From an uncultured archaeon (lineage in GTDB: Archaea; Thermoproteota; Bathyarchaeia; Bathyarchaeales; Bathycorpusculaceae), in NCBI GenBank assembly GCA_963782915.1, contig CAWALK010000012.1, forward strand, positions 192,001 through 256,000: a DNA stretch of 64,000 bases. Reading direction: 5' to 3'. Of the stretch, positions 30,893-41,265 are shown one piece after another. The notes beneath the pieces are model-generated. The model searched no databases, was not told the origin of the DNA, and saw nothing but the letters and a program-made list of their open reading frames with translations. How positions within the stretch are numbered: position 1 is the first letter of the stretch; every line of letters starts with the position of its first letter. A program made the translations under genes and the position numbers.

Positions 30893-32170
30893 TTGGTTGA
30901 CATTAGACCCTTCAAAGCCATAACTTACACGCCAAAAGCGGGCAAAACAGAAAACCTCATCACACAACCCTACGACAAAATCGACGTAGAAATGCAAAAA
31001 CAATACTACGCTTTGTCACCATACAATTTCTGCCGCCTCATTCTGCCCATGGAAGAAGACAAGTATAATGTGGCGAATCAACGCATTTCGCAGTGGCTAT
31101 CTGAAGGCGCTATGGCTAAAGAGAGTCAACCGGCATTCTTCATTTCCCGCCAAGAATTCAACTTAGAAGGCAAACGCATTGCCCGAACAGGCATAATTGC
31201 GGCAGTGGAGCTTCATCCATACAGCGATAACATAGTTTTTCCGCATGAAGCCACTTTCAAAGCGCCAAAAGCTGACAGATTAAACATGCTACGCACCGTC
31301 CAAAAAGACCTCGAACCAGTATTCCTCATGTACCAAGACCCTGAACAAAAAACCATCGCATACATGGCGGAAGTAGCTAAAACCAAGCCAATGATAGAAA
31401 CAACCGATTCATTGGGTGTTAAGCATACAGTTTGGAAAGTTTCTGATCCACAAAAAATCGCTGAATTAAAAGCGCTCATTGCCCCCAAAGTCGTAGTCAT
31501 CAACGATGGTCACCACCGATATGAAAGCGCAGTTGCCTACCGCGATGAAATGCGCAGCAAGGGCAACTGGACAGAAGATCAAGCCTTCAATTTTTACATG
31601 TGTTATATGGTTCCGGTTCAAGAACCGGGATTAGTGGTTTTACCAACCCATAGATTGCTAAAGAAGTACAAGTTAACACCCGATGTGGTTGATGGGTTAA
31701 AATGCTTCTTTGAAGTCTCAGATATCAAGCCCACGGTGGAAGCTATCGAAGCTTTCTTAGCCAGCCACGTTGGCGAACATGCATTCTGCGCCTATGACGG
31801 CGCTAAAGCATGCGGCTTAATTCTAAAACATGATCCCTCAGTCCTTCAATATGTATCTCAAACGGTGTCGAAAGAAACCAAAGTCTTCGACGTAGTCATC
31901 CTGCGAGATATCGTGTTTAAGCAGGTTTTAAAAACGGGCCAATTAACCATAGACGACACAATCCTCTATGAGCGCTGGGCAAAAGACGCCGTTGCAAAAG
32001 TCAGCCGCGGCGAAGCAAGCATAGCGTTTCTGGTGAATCCGATTAAGGCTAAAACAGTTGCAGAAGTTGCGGTGCAGCATGAAGTTTTACCTGAAAAGAG
32101 CACTGATTTTTATCCGAAACTGGTATCAGGCTTAGTGCTTATGGATATTTCTGCTAGCGAAAAACTCTAA
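30893..32170 (+). CDS. DUF1015 family protein
   Basis: IRPFKA; PYDKI; PHEAT; DGHHRYE; PTHR; KSTDFYPK. Confidence 0.9.
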   Translation: MVDIRPFKAITYTPKAGKTENLITQPYDKIDVEMQKQYYALSPYNFCRLILPMEEDKYNVANQRISQWLSEGAMAKESQPAFFISRQEFNLEGKRIARTGIIAAVELHPYSDNIVFPHEATFKAPKADRLNMLRTVQKDLEPVFLMYQDPEQKTIAYMAEVAKTKPMIETTDSLGVKHTVWKVSDPQKIAELKALIAPKVVVINDGHHRYESAVAYRDEMRSKGNWTEDQAFNFYMCYMVPVQEPGLVVLPTHRLLKKYKLTPDVVDGLKCFFEVSDIKPTVEAIEAFLASHVGEHAFCAYDGAKACGLILKHDPSVLQYVSQTVSKETKVFDVVILRDIVFKQVLKTGQLTIDDTILYERWAKDAVAKVSRGEASIAFLVNPIKAKTVAEVAVQHEVLPEKSTDFYPKLVSGLVLMDISASEKL

Positions 32171-32263
32171 GCAGAACATCCATTTTAGCGTTTTTTTGTA
32201 TACAACAATTATTTATTAAGACACAGAGAGTAAACGCTAAACAGCTAAAAAGAGGAAAAACAA

Positions 32264-32994
32264 TTGACAAGTGAAGTAGAAAAAGTAGAGAAACCAGCTT
32301 CTGTCCCAACACAAATCAAACCCATCACAAGATACACAGCAGAATTAATCGGCACAATGGTTCTAGTACTCATGGGCTGCGGCAGCGCAGTCATCGCAGG
32401 CTATAACATCGGATTCTTAGGCATCTCATTCGCTTTCGGTATTGCGGTGATGGCAATGGTGTATGCCATCGGCGGCATAAGCGGCTGCCACATAAACCCC
32501 GCTATCACTGTTTCAATGCTTATCGCAAGAAAAATCAGCGTAAAAGATGCCGCTTTATACATAGTTTTCCAATGCATCGGTGCAATAATCGGAGCAGGCA
32601 TACTCTATTCCATAGCAAGCGGTATTCCATCGTATAGTTTGGCAACAACAGGTTTAGGCCAAAACGGTTACGGAACAGCTTCCCCAGCAGGATACAATTT
32701 GATGTCAGCATTAATTGCAGAAATCGTATTGACTTTCATCTTTGTACTTGTCGTGCATGGCTCAACTCATGAACGTGTGCCAAAAGGATTCGCAGGTTTA
32801 TCCATCGGCATTGAGTTTGGTGCTAATTCACCTCGTTGGTATACCAATCACCGGAACATCAGTGAATCCCGCAAGAAGTTTAGGCCCAGCCTTATTTGTC
32901 GGCGGAACTAGCGCTGAATCAAGTTTGGTTATTCATAGTGGCTCCAATCATCGGCGGCATCATAGCTGCTCTTGTCTGGAAACTCTTCAAGTAA
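32264..32994 (+). CDS. aqpZ: Aquaporin Z / MIP channel (frameshifted)
   Basis: SGCHINPA and, in the next frame, [14 protein letters not shown]. Confidence 0.88.
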
Positions 32995-33047
32995 CCAAGA
33001 AGCAAGCAACCAACCATTTCCCCCACCCTTTTTTTGGGGTAAAAGGA

Positions 33048-33194
33048 TTATTTAACGAATTTAGTGGGTTGACGCTTGAATCGTTTCTTACAGACTAAGC
33101 TGCAGAAATGGAAGGTTTCTCCTTCGTAAGAAATTTTGAACTTTGCAGTATTCTCATCGAGAACTGCGCCGCAAACTGGATCTCTCATTGACAT
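33048..33194 (-). CDS. YHS/TRASH-domain microprotein (48 aa)
   Basis: [48 protein letters not shown]. Confidence 0.85.
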   Translation of the reverse strand: MSMRDPVCGAVLDENTAKFKISYEGETFHFCSLVCKKRFKRQPTKFVK

Positions 33195-33334
33195 TAGGTG
33201 TATTATAGCCTCACTGCATCAATTCGCATTTCACCCTTTTATGGTTAGTGGTGCCTTAAAGTTAAAGCGACAAGAAAACTGTGGCTTTTCTCCGAATAGG
33301 TGTTATTTGGAGGCTATTTCTAGTACTTAACCAA

Positions 33335-33465
33335 TTTTTCTATTTGTAGTTGTTGCCGAAAAGCCGCTATACACAACAACAACCAACGGGTTTGGTTTTG
33401 GCGTCTGTTTTGGGGTTGGCTGGTTTAGGCGGTTGCAGGCTGGTTGCGGCGGTTTGGGCAAGCAA
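33335..33465 (-). repeat. ~135-bp structured dispersed repeat R3 (reverse)
   Basis: ggcggttgcaggctggttg at 33428-33446 is the reverse complement of the R1/R2 core. Confidence 0.8.
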
Positions 33466-33487
33466 CTCGGTTTTAAGTGCAGGTGGA

Positions 33488-33585
33488 CCTACCTACCTCA
33501 GAGGCACCTACCCCTCCCTTATATAAAGAATACATAAGCGTACTTTTGTTGCTTTGCCGAGGTACCCCCTCCCTCTATATATAGA
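33488..33585 (+). repeat. Two tandem ~40-bp motif copies (C 33488-33528, D 33546-33585)
   Basis: cctacctcagaggcacctacccctcccttatataaag and ttgttgctttgccgaggtaccccctccctctatatataga. Confidence 0.8.
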
Positions 33586-33847
33586 CTGAATTTGTGAATA
33601 ATTGAACAGCGCAAATCCAGTTGAGCAATATCACAGCACACCACTTATTCGCATTGGACACCCATAAAAAGAAATCCACCACATAAAAAAGTCAGAACCT
33701 GCTCCAACCATTTACCGACGTGGAGGAAGAGATCGAAAACCGTTTTACCGATTTGCTGAGTGCATTAACACTAGATGATAATCAACTTGTAGTTTTTAGC
33801 GTAAATTACATAAGGTACGCTAGTGTTAGCCAAGTAATCGGTGCACA

Positions 33848-35026
33848 ATGACAAGTAGTAACAAAACAATCACGTCTTGCCTTTTTTATGCTTGCACTGT
33901 TAAGTCTAAGCTTGATTGCAGCCCTTCCAAGGGATACAGCTGCGCAGTCAAGAGAACACTTGGGAACTCAAAATACCCAAAACACCTCTAGGAGACGTTT
34001 ATGGCGCAGTTGCCGCAGACGGCAAAATTTACGTTTTCCGAAGTGGCTTTTTCTGCCATGACCCCGCCACTGGCGTCTCGCACCGAAAAAGCACCTTTAA
34101 GAATACCGTTTGAATGGGAAGGTAAAGGAGACGACTGCGCCTATACAGCAGTGACGCTGCAAAACGAGATTTATGTGATAGGCGGAGTTCACAAGGGTAG
34201 ACAGAACAAAGAATTCGATTTTGTAAAAATCTACGACACTACCCATGACTCATGGAGAAATGGCACTGTTCCAAGTTACCAAATAGAATATTTCCCCATA
34301 GCTAACGCGGTTGATGGAAAAATCTATCTTTTGGATGGAAGAAGTGGACACCTTGAAATGTTTGTTCCATCTTCTGACAGTTGGACCGCCAAAACTCCAT
34401 TTCCAGTTTGGTATCTCGCCATGGAAATACAGGACCCACGAATAGATCAAACGGTTGTAATTAACGACAGAATTTATTGTTTCACTTCGCCAAACTATAA
34501 TTCGCCCCCTCGCATGATAATTTATGATACAAAGACTGACAATTGGTTATCTGGAACCAACCCACCTGTTACAAATTCTCAAGCCTCTCATCTTACATTT
34601 GTATGCGCAACAACGGGACGTTTTGCTCCACAAAGAATCTACTATATCGGGGCACAATCATATTATCCAACAACTCCAGCTTTCAGTTATGTCTATGATC
34701 TGTTAAATGATTCTTGGAGCACCGCAGAATCCCTTTCTACTTCAACTTTAGGTTACTCTGCCCGCACCGTGTTGAATGATAAAATATATTATTTTGCAGT
34801 TAACGGCAGCCAAGTTGAAGTGTACACTCCGATTGGGTACAGCACAACGCCTTTGGCGCTTTCGCCATCGCCAACTTACCCACAAAATAGCATTTTACCC
34901 AAAACAAATTATGTGGTTTATGCGCAAGTAGCTGTTGGGGTTATAATCGCTGTATCTATTTTTCTGGTAGCAATTCACTTGCGTAAGTCAAAAGCCAAGA
35001 AAAGAAAGATATCTAGCGACAATTAA
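33848..35026 (+). CDS. Secreted Kelch-repeat protein with C-terminal TM (frameshifts in 5' part)
   Basis: DGKIYV, IYVIGG..YDTTHDSW repeats. Confidence 0.75.
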
Positions 35027-35083
35027 ACTGTTGTAATTAAGTATACCAAAAAACGAAAAGAATCCCTCTAAAGAGGGCGCTAA

Positions 35084-35472
35084 TTAACTGATTGAGACTG
35101 TGTCGTTTTCTACTGTTACTTTATTGCCTGTCTTAAATTTGGAGACGTCAATTTTGTCTACGAATGGGTATTTCGCTGATGATGGCTCCGACTGCGACGA
35201 TGGTTTCGGTTTCTTTGTTTATCATGGCTGCTGGGGCGACGCCGTTCTTTTTTAGGCGATAGAGCGTGTAGCTGCCCACTGTGCTGCCTTTGCCCTGTGG
35301 GAAGACGAGGATTTTGCCCTTCACGCTGACGCCGTTTAATTCGTGCCCTTTTTCCATAACTACGCCTGTGTTGGGGTCAACTCCGCCATAGAAGCTAATA
35401 GGCATCGTAGTTACCAGTGCTTCGCCTTGGGCTTTGCCTTTGTAGATTATTCGTGCCTTTTAATTGTTCCAT
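35084..35472 (-). CDS. Aconitase X small subunit (DUF126), phosphomevalonate dehydratase small subunit; frameshifted
   Basis: [26 protein letters not shown]. Confidence 0.88.
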
Positions 35473-36661
35473 TTTCCGGTCACCGCTGCATTAACGCATT
35501 CTTCCATACTGCCCATCTTGGTTTTCATGAGGCTCTGTCTCGAGTAGAAGCAGCCCTTCGCCGATGTGGTTGCTAAGGCTTTGAATCTGCCTTTTAATGG
35601 CGCTACTGCCATGCAGGTGTCGCATGCGAATTTGCCGCCTGCTGCTTCGATGGTGGCTGTGTAGCCGCGTTTGTCCGCTAATTGTTTGGCTGTTCGTGAG
35701 GTTGCTACCCAGAGTTCTGTGCCTTCTTTGACTTTTTTGCCTTCGAGTAAGTCTGGCGATTTCTTGGATTTCTTTGATTGAGCAATGGGGGCAGCCGACG
35801 CAGACAAAATCTATGTCCTCTACGATCGTCGTTGATGTTGTCGTAGGCGTTTTTGATGTCTGCTGCTTCGATGGTTACTGTTTCTTTGGGTTGGGTTTGG
35901 GCTTCTGCTCCTGGTGTTATGCCTTTCATGTAGAAGAGCGGTTTAGCGCCGTAAGTTACTACTGAGGCGCAGAAGCTTTTGAGTTCATCCAGGGTTGCCG
36001 TTTTGATGCCTGTGATGTAGGGGATTTTGTTTTCTGCTTTTTTGCCGATGGCGTAGCCGAGTGCGCCCCAATCTGAGAGTTTGGTTAAGGGGGTGTTTAC
36101 TTGGACGTGGACATCTGGCACACGGTTTTCGTCGAGGTGTAAGCCGTAGCAGGGGGTTTTGCCCACAAATGCTGCTGCCAGTGCAGATGGTCCGCCTTCG
36201 CGGTTGGTGCGTGCACCCAACACTGAGTTGGCAAAAGTGACTGCGCTGCTTTCTGACCATGCGATGTGTTCGCCGTAGAGTGGCAGGTTGCCGATGAGGT
36301 AGGGTGTGCAGGTGCAGCTGATTAGGATGCCCATGCGTTGGAATGCGTCGATGACGAGGTTTTGTTTTTCTGCGAATTCGGGGCTGATGCCGAGTTGCTT
36401 CCAGTTTTCGAGGTCCATGCCTGCTGGGTTTAGGGTGGTCAGGACTTTGACTCTGCCATCCTTTGCGAGTGAGTCGAGGAATTCTAATCCGGCATCGCCG
36501 AGGTTATGGTAGCTTACGCCGGCTACTTGGACGCTGCCTACATCGATGAGGCTTTTAGCGCCGAAAATTTCTCCCAGCGCAACCAAGATTTCCATGCTTT
36601 TGCGGACGGCGTAGCCTTCTTTGCCATCCAGCATTGCTTGCTCTTGCTTAGTCAATTCCAT
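35460..36661 (-). CDS. Aconitase X large subunit (DUF521), phosphomevalonate dehydratase large subunit; frameshift near 35820
   Basis: TCTPY; WSESSA..NSVLGARTNREG; GCPH; DTCMAVAP. Confidence 0.9.
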
Positions 36662-36666
36662 AGCTA

Positions 36667-37983
36667 TCACAGGTACTTGTTTAGGTCAACTTTTACGTAG
36701 TCTACTTTACTAAAGCCTTTTCCCGTCGAAACCAAGGGTGCGGTGGCGTCTAAGCCTGCTTTGGCTGTGGTCGCCTTTTTGCCCTCGCTTAAGTCGCCTG
36801 AGGGGTCAAGAGATGAGCCGGGCTGGTTAGAGAGGATGACGCTGTTTTTGTCTGCTTGGAAACGTGTAGCGATTGCCCATTCCACGTCGTGTGGGTCATA
36901 GATGTTGATGTCTTCGTCGACTATGACGCAGTGCTTGAGTGAGCCATGCCCCTTGAAGGTGGCATCTATGGCTTTTCTGCCGTCATCCGGGTTTTGTTTT
37001 TTGATTTGGACAACGGCGTGTAGCCAGCTGCATCCGCCGGGTGTGATGTAGACGTCTTTGCATTGGCAGACTTTGCTGACTTCTTTGTAGATGGTTGGTT
37101 CTTTGGGCATGCCCATTAGGAATTTGTGCTCGTTTCTGCCCGCAAGGATGGTTTGGTAAATGGGGTTTTGGCGGTGTGTGACGCATTTGATTTCGACCAC
37201 GGGCTGTTGGCGTGTGCGGTCAACGATGCCGGTCAAGTCAAGGAAGGGTCCCTCTGTGGCTTTCTCTTTGGTAATTCTGCCTTCAAAGACGAATTCGCAG
37301 TCAGCGGGGACTTCTAAGTCAACTGTTTTACATTTCACCAAATCAGTTTTTTCTAGCACGTTTGCCATGCTTAACTCGTCAGCGCCCATCGGCAGGGTGG
37401 TGGCTGCTGAAAGCAGGGTTGCGGTTGAGTTGCCAAGGCAAATTGCGATGTCTAATTCGCCGCCTGCCTTAGCCAGCGCGGTATCTGTGCCTCTGTGCTC
37501 GACGATGCGGGCGACAAAATGGTTCTTGTCTTTAAGCATCAATCGGTGGAAGCACATGTTGCGTTTGCCCGTTTCCGGGTCTTTGACGATGGAGACGGCT
37601 GAGGCGATGTATTTTCCGCCGTCCTTGTCGGTGTAATGCATTATTGGGAGTTTGGTTAAGTCCACATCTGCGCCTGTATGGACGACTTCTTGGCAAGGGG
37701 CTTTCTCTACCATTTGTGGCGCAACTGGATGCTCGATGGCGTCAAGCAGTTTTGGCAGAAGTTGCTCTTTTGTGATGCCCATACTGCGGCAAATCAGCTC
37801 TTTAGAAGAAACCAACCCAGCCACCACTGGGATGCTGGATTCTTTGACGTTCTCGAAAAGGACTGGTTTTTCGCCGAGTGCAGCGATGATGCCTGCCATC
37901 TCAAACTCGGTTGAGACGGGCTTTGTGATCTTGGTTAATTCATTGGTTTTTTGGAGTTGTTCTATAAAGTTTCTTAAGCCCAC
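36667..37983 (-). CDS. UbiD-family decarboxylase (probable anhydromevalonate phosphate decarboxylase)
   Basis: DGGKY; EGPF; VDEDINIYD..VEWAIATR; SSLDPS; co-oriented with the AcnX genes. Confidence 0.9.
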   Translation of the reverse strand: MGLRNFIEQLQKTNELTKITKPVSTEFEMAGIIAALGEKPVLFENVKESSIPVVAGLVSSKELICRSMGITKEQLLPKLLDAIEHPVAPQMVEKAPCQEVVHTGADVDLTKLPIMHYTDKDGGKYIASAVSIVKDPETGKRNMCFHRLMLKDKNHFVARIVEHRGTDTALAKAGGELDIAICLGNSTATLLSAATTLPMGADELSMANVLEKTDLVKCKTVDLEVPADCEFVFEGRITKEKATEGPFLDLTGIVDRTRQQPVVEIKCVTHRQNPIYQTILAGRNEHKFLMGMPKEPTIYKEVSKVCQCKDVYITPGGCSWLHAVVQIKKQNPDDGRKAIDATFKGHGSLKHCVIVDEDINIYDPHDVEWAIATRFQADKNSVILSNQPGSSLDPSGDLSEGKKATTAKAGLDATAPLVSTGKGFSKVDYVKVDLNKYL

Positions 37984-38325
37984 TTTGGTTCGCCTTTAGC
38001 AGATTTAGCTGGTTGCTTCTTAAAAAACAATCGGCGTTTTGTCTTTTTTCTTTTGGGTGGGGGCAGTGCGGTTTGGGGTGTCCCATCCCATCTGGGGGTT
38101 GTGGGGGCGGTTGGTTTTTGTGTTTGGGCTGATTTTCAAGTGTTTTGTGGGTGGGTGGAGCTCTTTTTTTGTCCCATCGGGTATGTTGAGCTATGTTGGG
38201 TGGGATGGGGTGCGGATGGGGCAGTATGTTGAGTTGAGCAGATTTTTTGTTGGGCAATTTTTTGTTCTTCAGGTTCTGAGTAGGGAATTTATAAGTTTCT
38301 AGTGGCAACAGAGTTATCGATAGTT

Positions 38326-38787
38326 ATGCCGGGTAAAGTGTGGAAGGCAGAAGAAGAAGCACAATTAAGAGCCCTTGTTGAAGCCAACTTGAACGTGGAT
38401 GAAATCGCTGCTAAACTCAAAAAGACGCCCAAAGCAGTGATTACAAAAAGTCAACGTTTGGGTTTGCAGTTGCAGGTTAAGGGATATGTTGATACTGCGA
38501 TTGATCTTCCAAGGGAGTTGCTCAGTGTTGAGGAAACCGCAAAGATCCTATCAGGTGTCTTAAAGGCGTCCGTTAAACCCGGGTTGAACAGGCTTGAGGT
38601 CCAGCGGTTGATGGCTGTTGCTAACATCTCAAAGACGTATAAGGAAATAATTGTTGACTACATCCACATGCGAGAGGTGGAAGAAAAATTAGAGGAGGTA
38701 GTTGAGCAGAATGCGGCGCTCCAGCAGGCGATTCGAGAAATTCGGGAAAGAACCCCGAGCTTATCGCCCCAACCAGTTCCTAGCTAA
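38326..38787 (+). CDS. HTH plus coiled-coil protein, putative terminase small subunit
   Basis: WKAEEEAQLRAL..DEIAAKLKKTPKAV..RLGL HTH; overlaps the TerL start; TATA-like tttataag at 38288. Confidence 0.65.
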   Translation: MPGKVWKAEEEAQLRALVEANLNVDEIAAKLKKTPKAVITKSQRLGLQLQVKGYVDTAIDLPRELLSVEETAKILSGVLKASVKPGLNRLEVQRLMAVANISKTYKEIIVDYIHMREVEEKLEEVVEQNAALQQAIREIRERTPSLSPQPVPS

Positions 38788-40180
38788 GTACCGTGAGCTT
38801 GAGCGGGAACATAATCAACTTAGGCAAACAGTTACGGAGCGGACGCAACAATTAAGCGCTAATACTGCTGACTTTTTTGAGCAGGTCTTGGGTTTTAAAC
38901 TCTTTGCCTATCAAAAAGAGTTCGCGGATATCTTTGAAAATAACCAGTTTACGGCTGCCCGTTGGTGTCGCCAAAGCGGAAAAAGCCAAACCATATCTGC
39001 GCTGCTGCTAAAGTACGCGGTTACCCACCCCAACGCGGAGATCGGTATAGTGGGGCCTTCTTGGCGGCAAACCAAAAGAATCATATCACGAATAGCCATC
39101 CTCGCCCACAAGCTACCACCAAGCATTGTCTTTAAGCCACAAAAAACCCGGATCAGTTTTGTTAACGGAAGCAGCATTGAAGCTTTCCCTAACAACCCTG
39201 AAACAATCAGAGGCCCAACATTTGATGTAGTGTATGCGGATGAGTTCAACTTTGTAGCTAACGACCAAGACCTCTACGACGCCATCCTCTACACGCTTGC
39301 AACTACCAATGGTAAATTCGTCTGCAGCAGCACGCCCTGGAACACTGATAGCGTCTTTTACAAGATTTTTAACCATAAGAATTTTGGGGAATTCAAAACT
39401 TCGCATGTTACATTCAATCAGGCGCTAAGCCCAAATGGTCCACTCTTGCCAAAAACCCTGCAGAGTATCAAGACGCAGATGGGCGAGGACCCCTCCCGTT
39501 GGCAGAGGGAAATGATGGCGGATTGGGTTGAAGACGATAACGTCTGGCTAAATCAGAGCCTAATTGCTTCCTGTATTGGCACTGAAAAAAGTTGCAGCAT
39601 GGATCTACAGTTGTTTAACTCCGAGAAAAGCTATGAAGGCGACTTCTATTTGGGTTTGGACCCGGCACAAACCAGGGACTTTCACGTGTTGTCAGTGGTG
39701 GAGGTAGTTGATGAAAAGCTTTTGCTGAGGCATCTAAAGATTTTTCCACATCCCACCTATGACGCCACCGTTTTGGGTTACATCAAAGCCCTGCAAGATC
39801 GCTGGGGCGGATTCCAAAAAATTCGAGTCGACATCACCCGTGAAGGTCCAAGCTTCATTGCTGACATGGAAAATGCCGACATAGAGAATGCTGAGGGCGT
39901 TAACTTCAGTGTACCCCGCAAAAGCGAGATGGCCAACCTACTTAAGAAACGCATGCAAGACAGACGCTTCTTCTATCCCATGGTGTCGTTTGAGAAACCA
40001 TACCGGGGCGATATCTGCAACGAGTTAAATATAGAGCGGTTTGCGCTGCGTGCAGACGGAGGATTATCATTTAGTCATCCGCAGGGAACACACGACGACG
40101 TTTTCTGGAGTATAGCCTTAGCTGTATATGCAACGGCTGACATGGCACCTGAACCCTACTTGGCAGTTATGCCAAGGTAA
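38711..40180 (+). CDS. Terminase large subunit (ATPase plus RNase H-like nuclease)
   Basis: LFAYQ, CRQSGKS Walker A, IRG..VYADE Walker B, SSTP, LGLDPA, HDDVFWSIALA; start codon uncertain (38702 or 38711). Confidence 0.9.
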   Translation: MRRSSRRFEKFGKEPRAYRPNQFLAKYRELEREHNQLRQTVTERTQQLSANTADFFEQVLGFKLFAYQKEFADIFENNQFTAARWCRQSGKSQTISALLLKYAVTHPNAEIGIVGPSWRQTKRIISRIAILAHKLPPSIVFKPQKTRISFVNGSSIEAFPNNPETIRGPTFDVVYADEFNFVANDQDLYDAILYTLATTNGKFVCSSTPWNTDSVFYKIFNHKNFGEFKTSHVTFNQALSPNGPLLPKTLQSIKTQMGEDPSRWQREMMADWVEDDNVWLNQSLIASCIGTEKSCSMDLQLFNSEKSYEGDFYLGLDPAQTRDFHVLSVVEVVDEKLLLRHLKIFPHPTYDATVLGYIKALQDRWGGFQKIRVDITREGPSFIADMENADIENAEGVNFSVPRKSEMANLLKKRMQDRRFFYPMVSFEKPYRGDICNELNIERFALRADGGLSFSHPQGTHDDVFWSIALAVYATADMAPEPYLAVMPR

Positions 40181-40640
40181 TCGGAAAATGTTAGATTCCG
40201 CAACCAATTTCGCCATATAGGTGCAGAGCCCAAGATAGACCCTGAGATATCGTCTAAATCGCGATAGTGGAGCGGCAAAAATATCCTACAACGAGCAATT
40301 AGGCCCGGATATGGGCATAGAAGCAATCACCTACCAGAGTCAAAGTCGACGATGGCAGAAATGAACCAAAAACTAAGCACTTTTAACAGAATAGTAATCT
40401 ACCCCAAATACCGAGCTATATGTCTCCGAGAAAAAATAAATCGCGTTAAAACCCACCGCGTGTTGGTGCTGAATAATTTGATGGTGATGAATATTTTTCA
40501 GTCGTTGATTCGTGTTTGTTATCCTCGGGAAAGCATGCAAGGACCCGATCGTTTCGGGTTGTTTGCGTTGTATGAGTCGCAGAATAAATGATTCTGTGGA
40601 CTAGAGAGATCTTACACCTAACTTTGGTCCAGAACCTGGT

Positions 40641-41083
40641 TTAAAGGTACGTTGATTGAGCTGGGCTTTGTGCAACACTCGAAACCTTAACTAACCAAGC
40701 ATCCCAGTAGTCAGTTCCAAAAGTGTTTGTGGAACCTGACAGTACAAAACCTCGTCACTAGATAATCATAGAAATCAATTGGTCGTCACCTGTTCCTCCG
40801 TAGGTTTGATTCCATAAATGTTGCCAGAAGAATCGGTCTTAACTAACCAAGCGTCCGCTTTGCCCTCACCCGAAGAGGCTGTGTAGCCTGCAGTGGCGTA
40901 TCCGCCGTCGAATGTTTGTATTACAGAAAAAGCCCACTCCGCTCAGGTTCCTCCGAAGGTTTTGCTCCAAACCTGACTGCCAGACTGGGTTGAATCAGTG
41001 AATGCGTCAATTGTATTGGGCGCATTTGCCGCTGCAACTGTTACGATCAACAGCAAAACCAAGCTTTTGTTTAGGATACTCAT
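40641..41083 (-). pseudogene. Decayed secreted beta-propeller (WNQTYGG-repeat) gene
   Basis: Minus strand reads signal peptide, WSKTFGGT, SVIQTFDGGY, DAWLVKTDSSGN, WNQTYGG, with multiple shifts/stops and truncation. Confidence 0.7.
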
Positions 41084-41265
41084 GGGTTCGCTTTTTATGG
41101 CGGGCAATAAATATCCTTATTTGTCCAATTTTCTTGTCTAAGTCTTGTGAAGGTTTCTGGACTAAATCGGTGGCGTCGATAGCGGTCGATTACAATCTTA
41201 ATTGGCACTGTTTAGATGCGTAAAAACTAAAAAGAAATTGAGACTGGGCTTTTGTGCCCAGCTGT

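Noticed and set aside
37940-38308. 122-aa Pro/Lys/His-rich ORF and its antisense partner
   Set aside because: By-product of the G/T-skewed low-complexity tract; no protein-like features
37990-41260. Complete provirus around the terminase
   Set aside because: No portal, capsid, tail, integrase or att pair is recognisable, and housekeeping genes lie within about 1 kb on both sides
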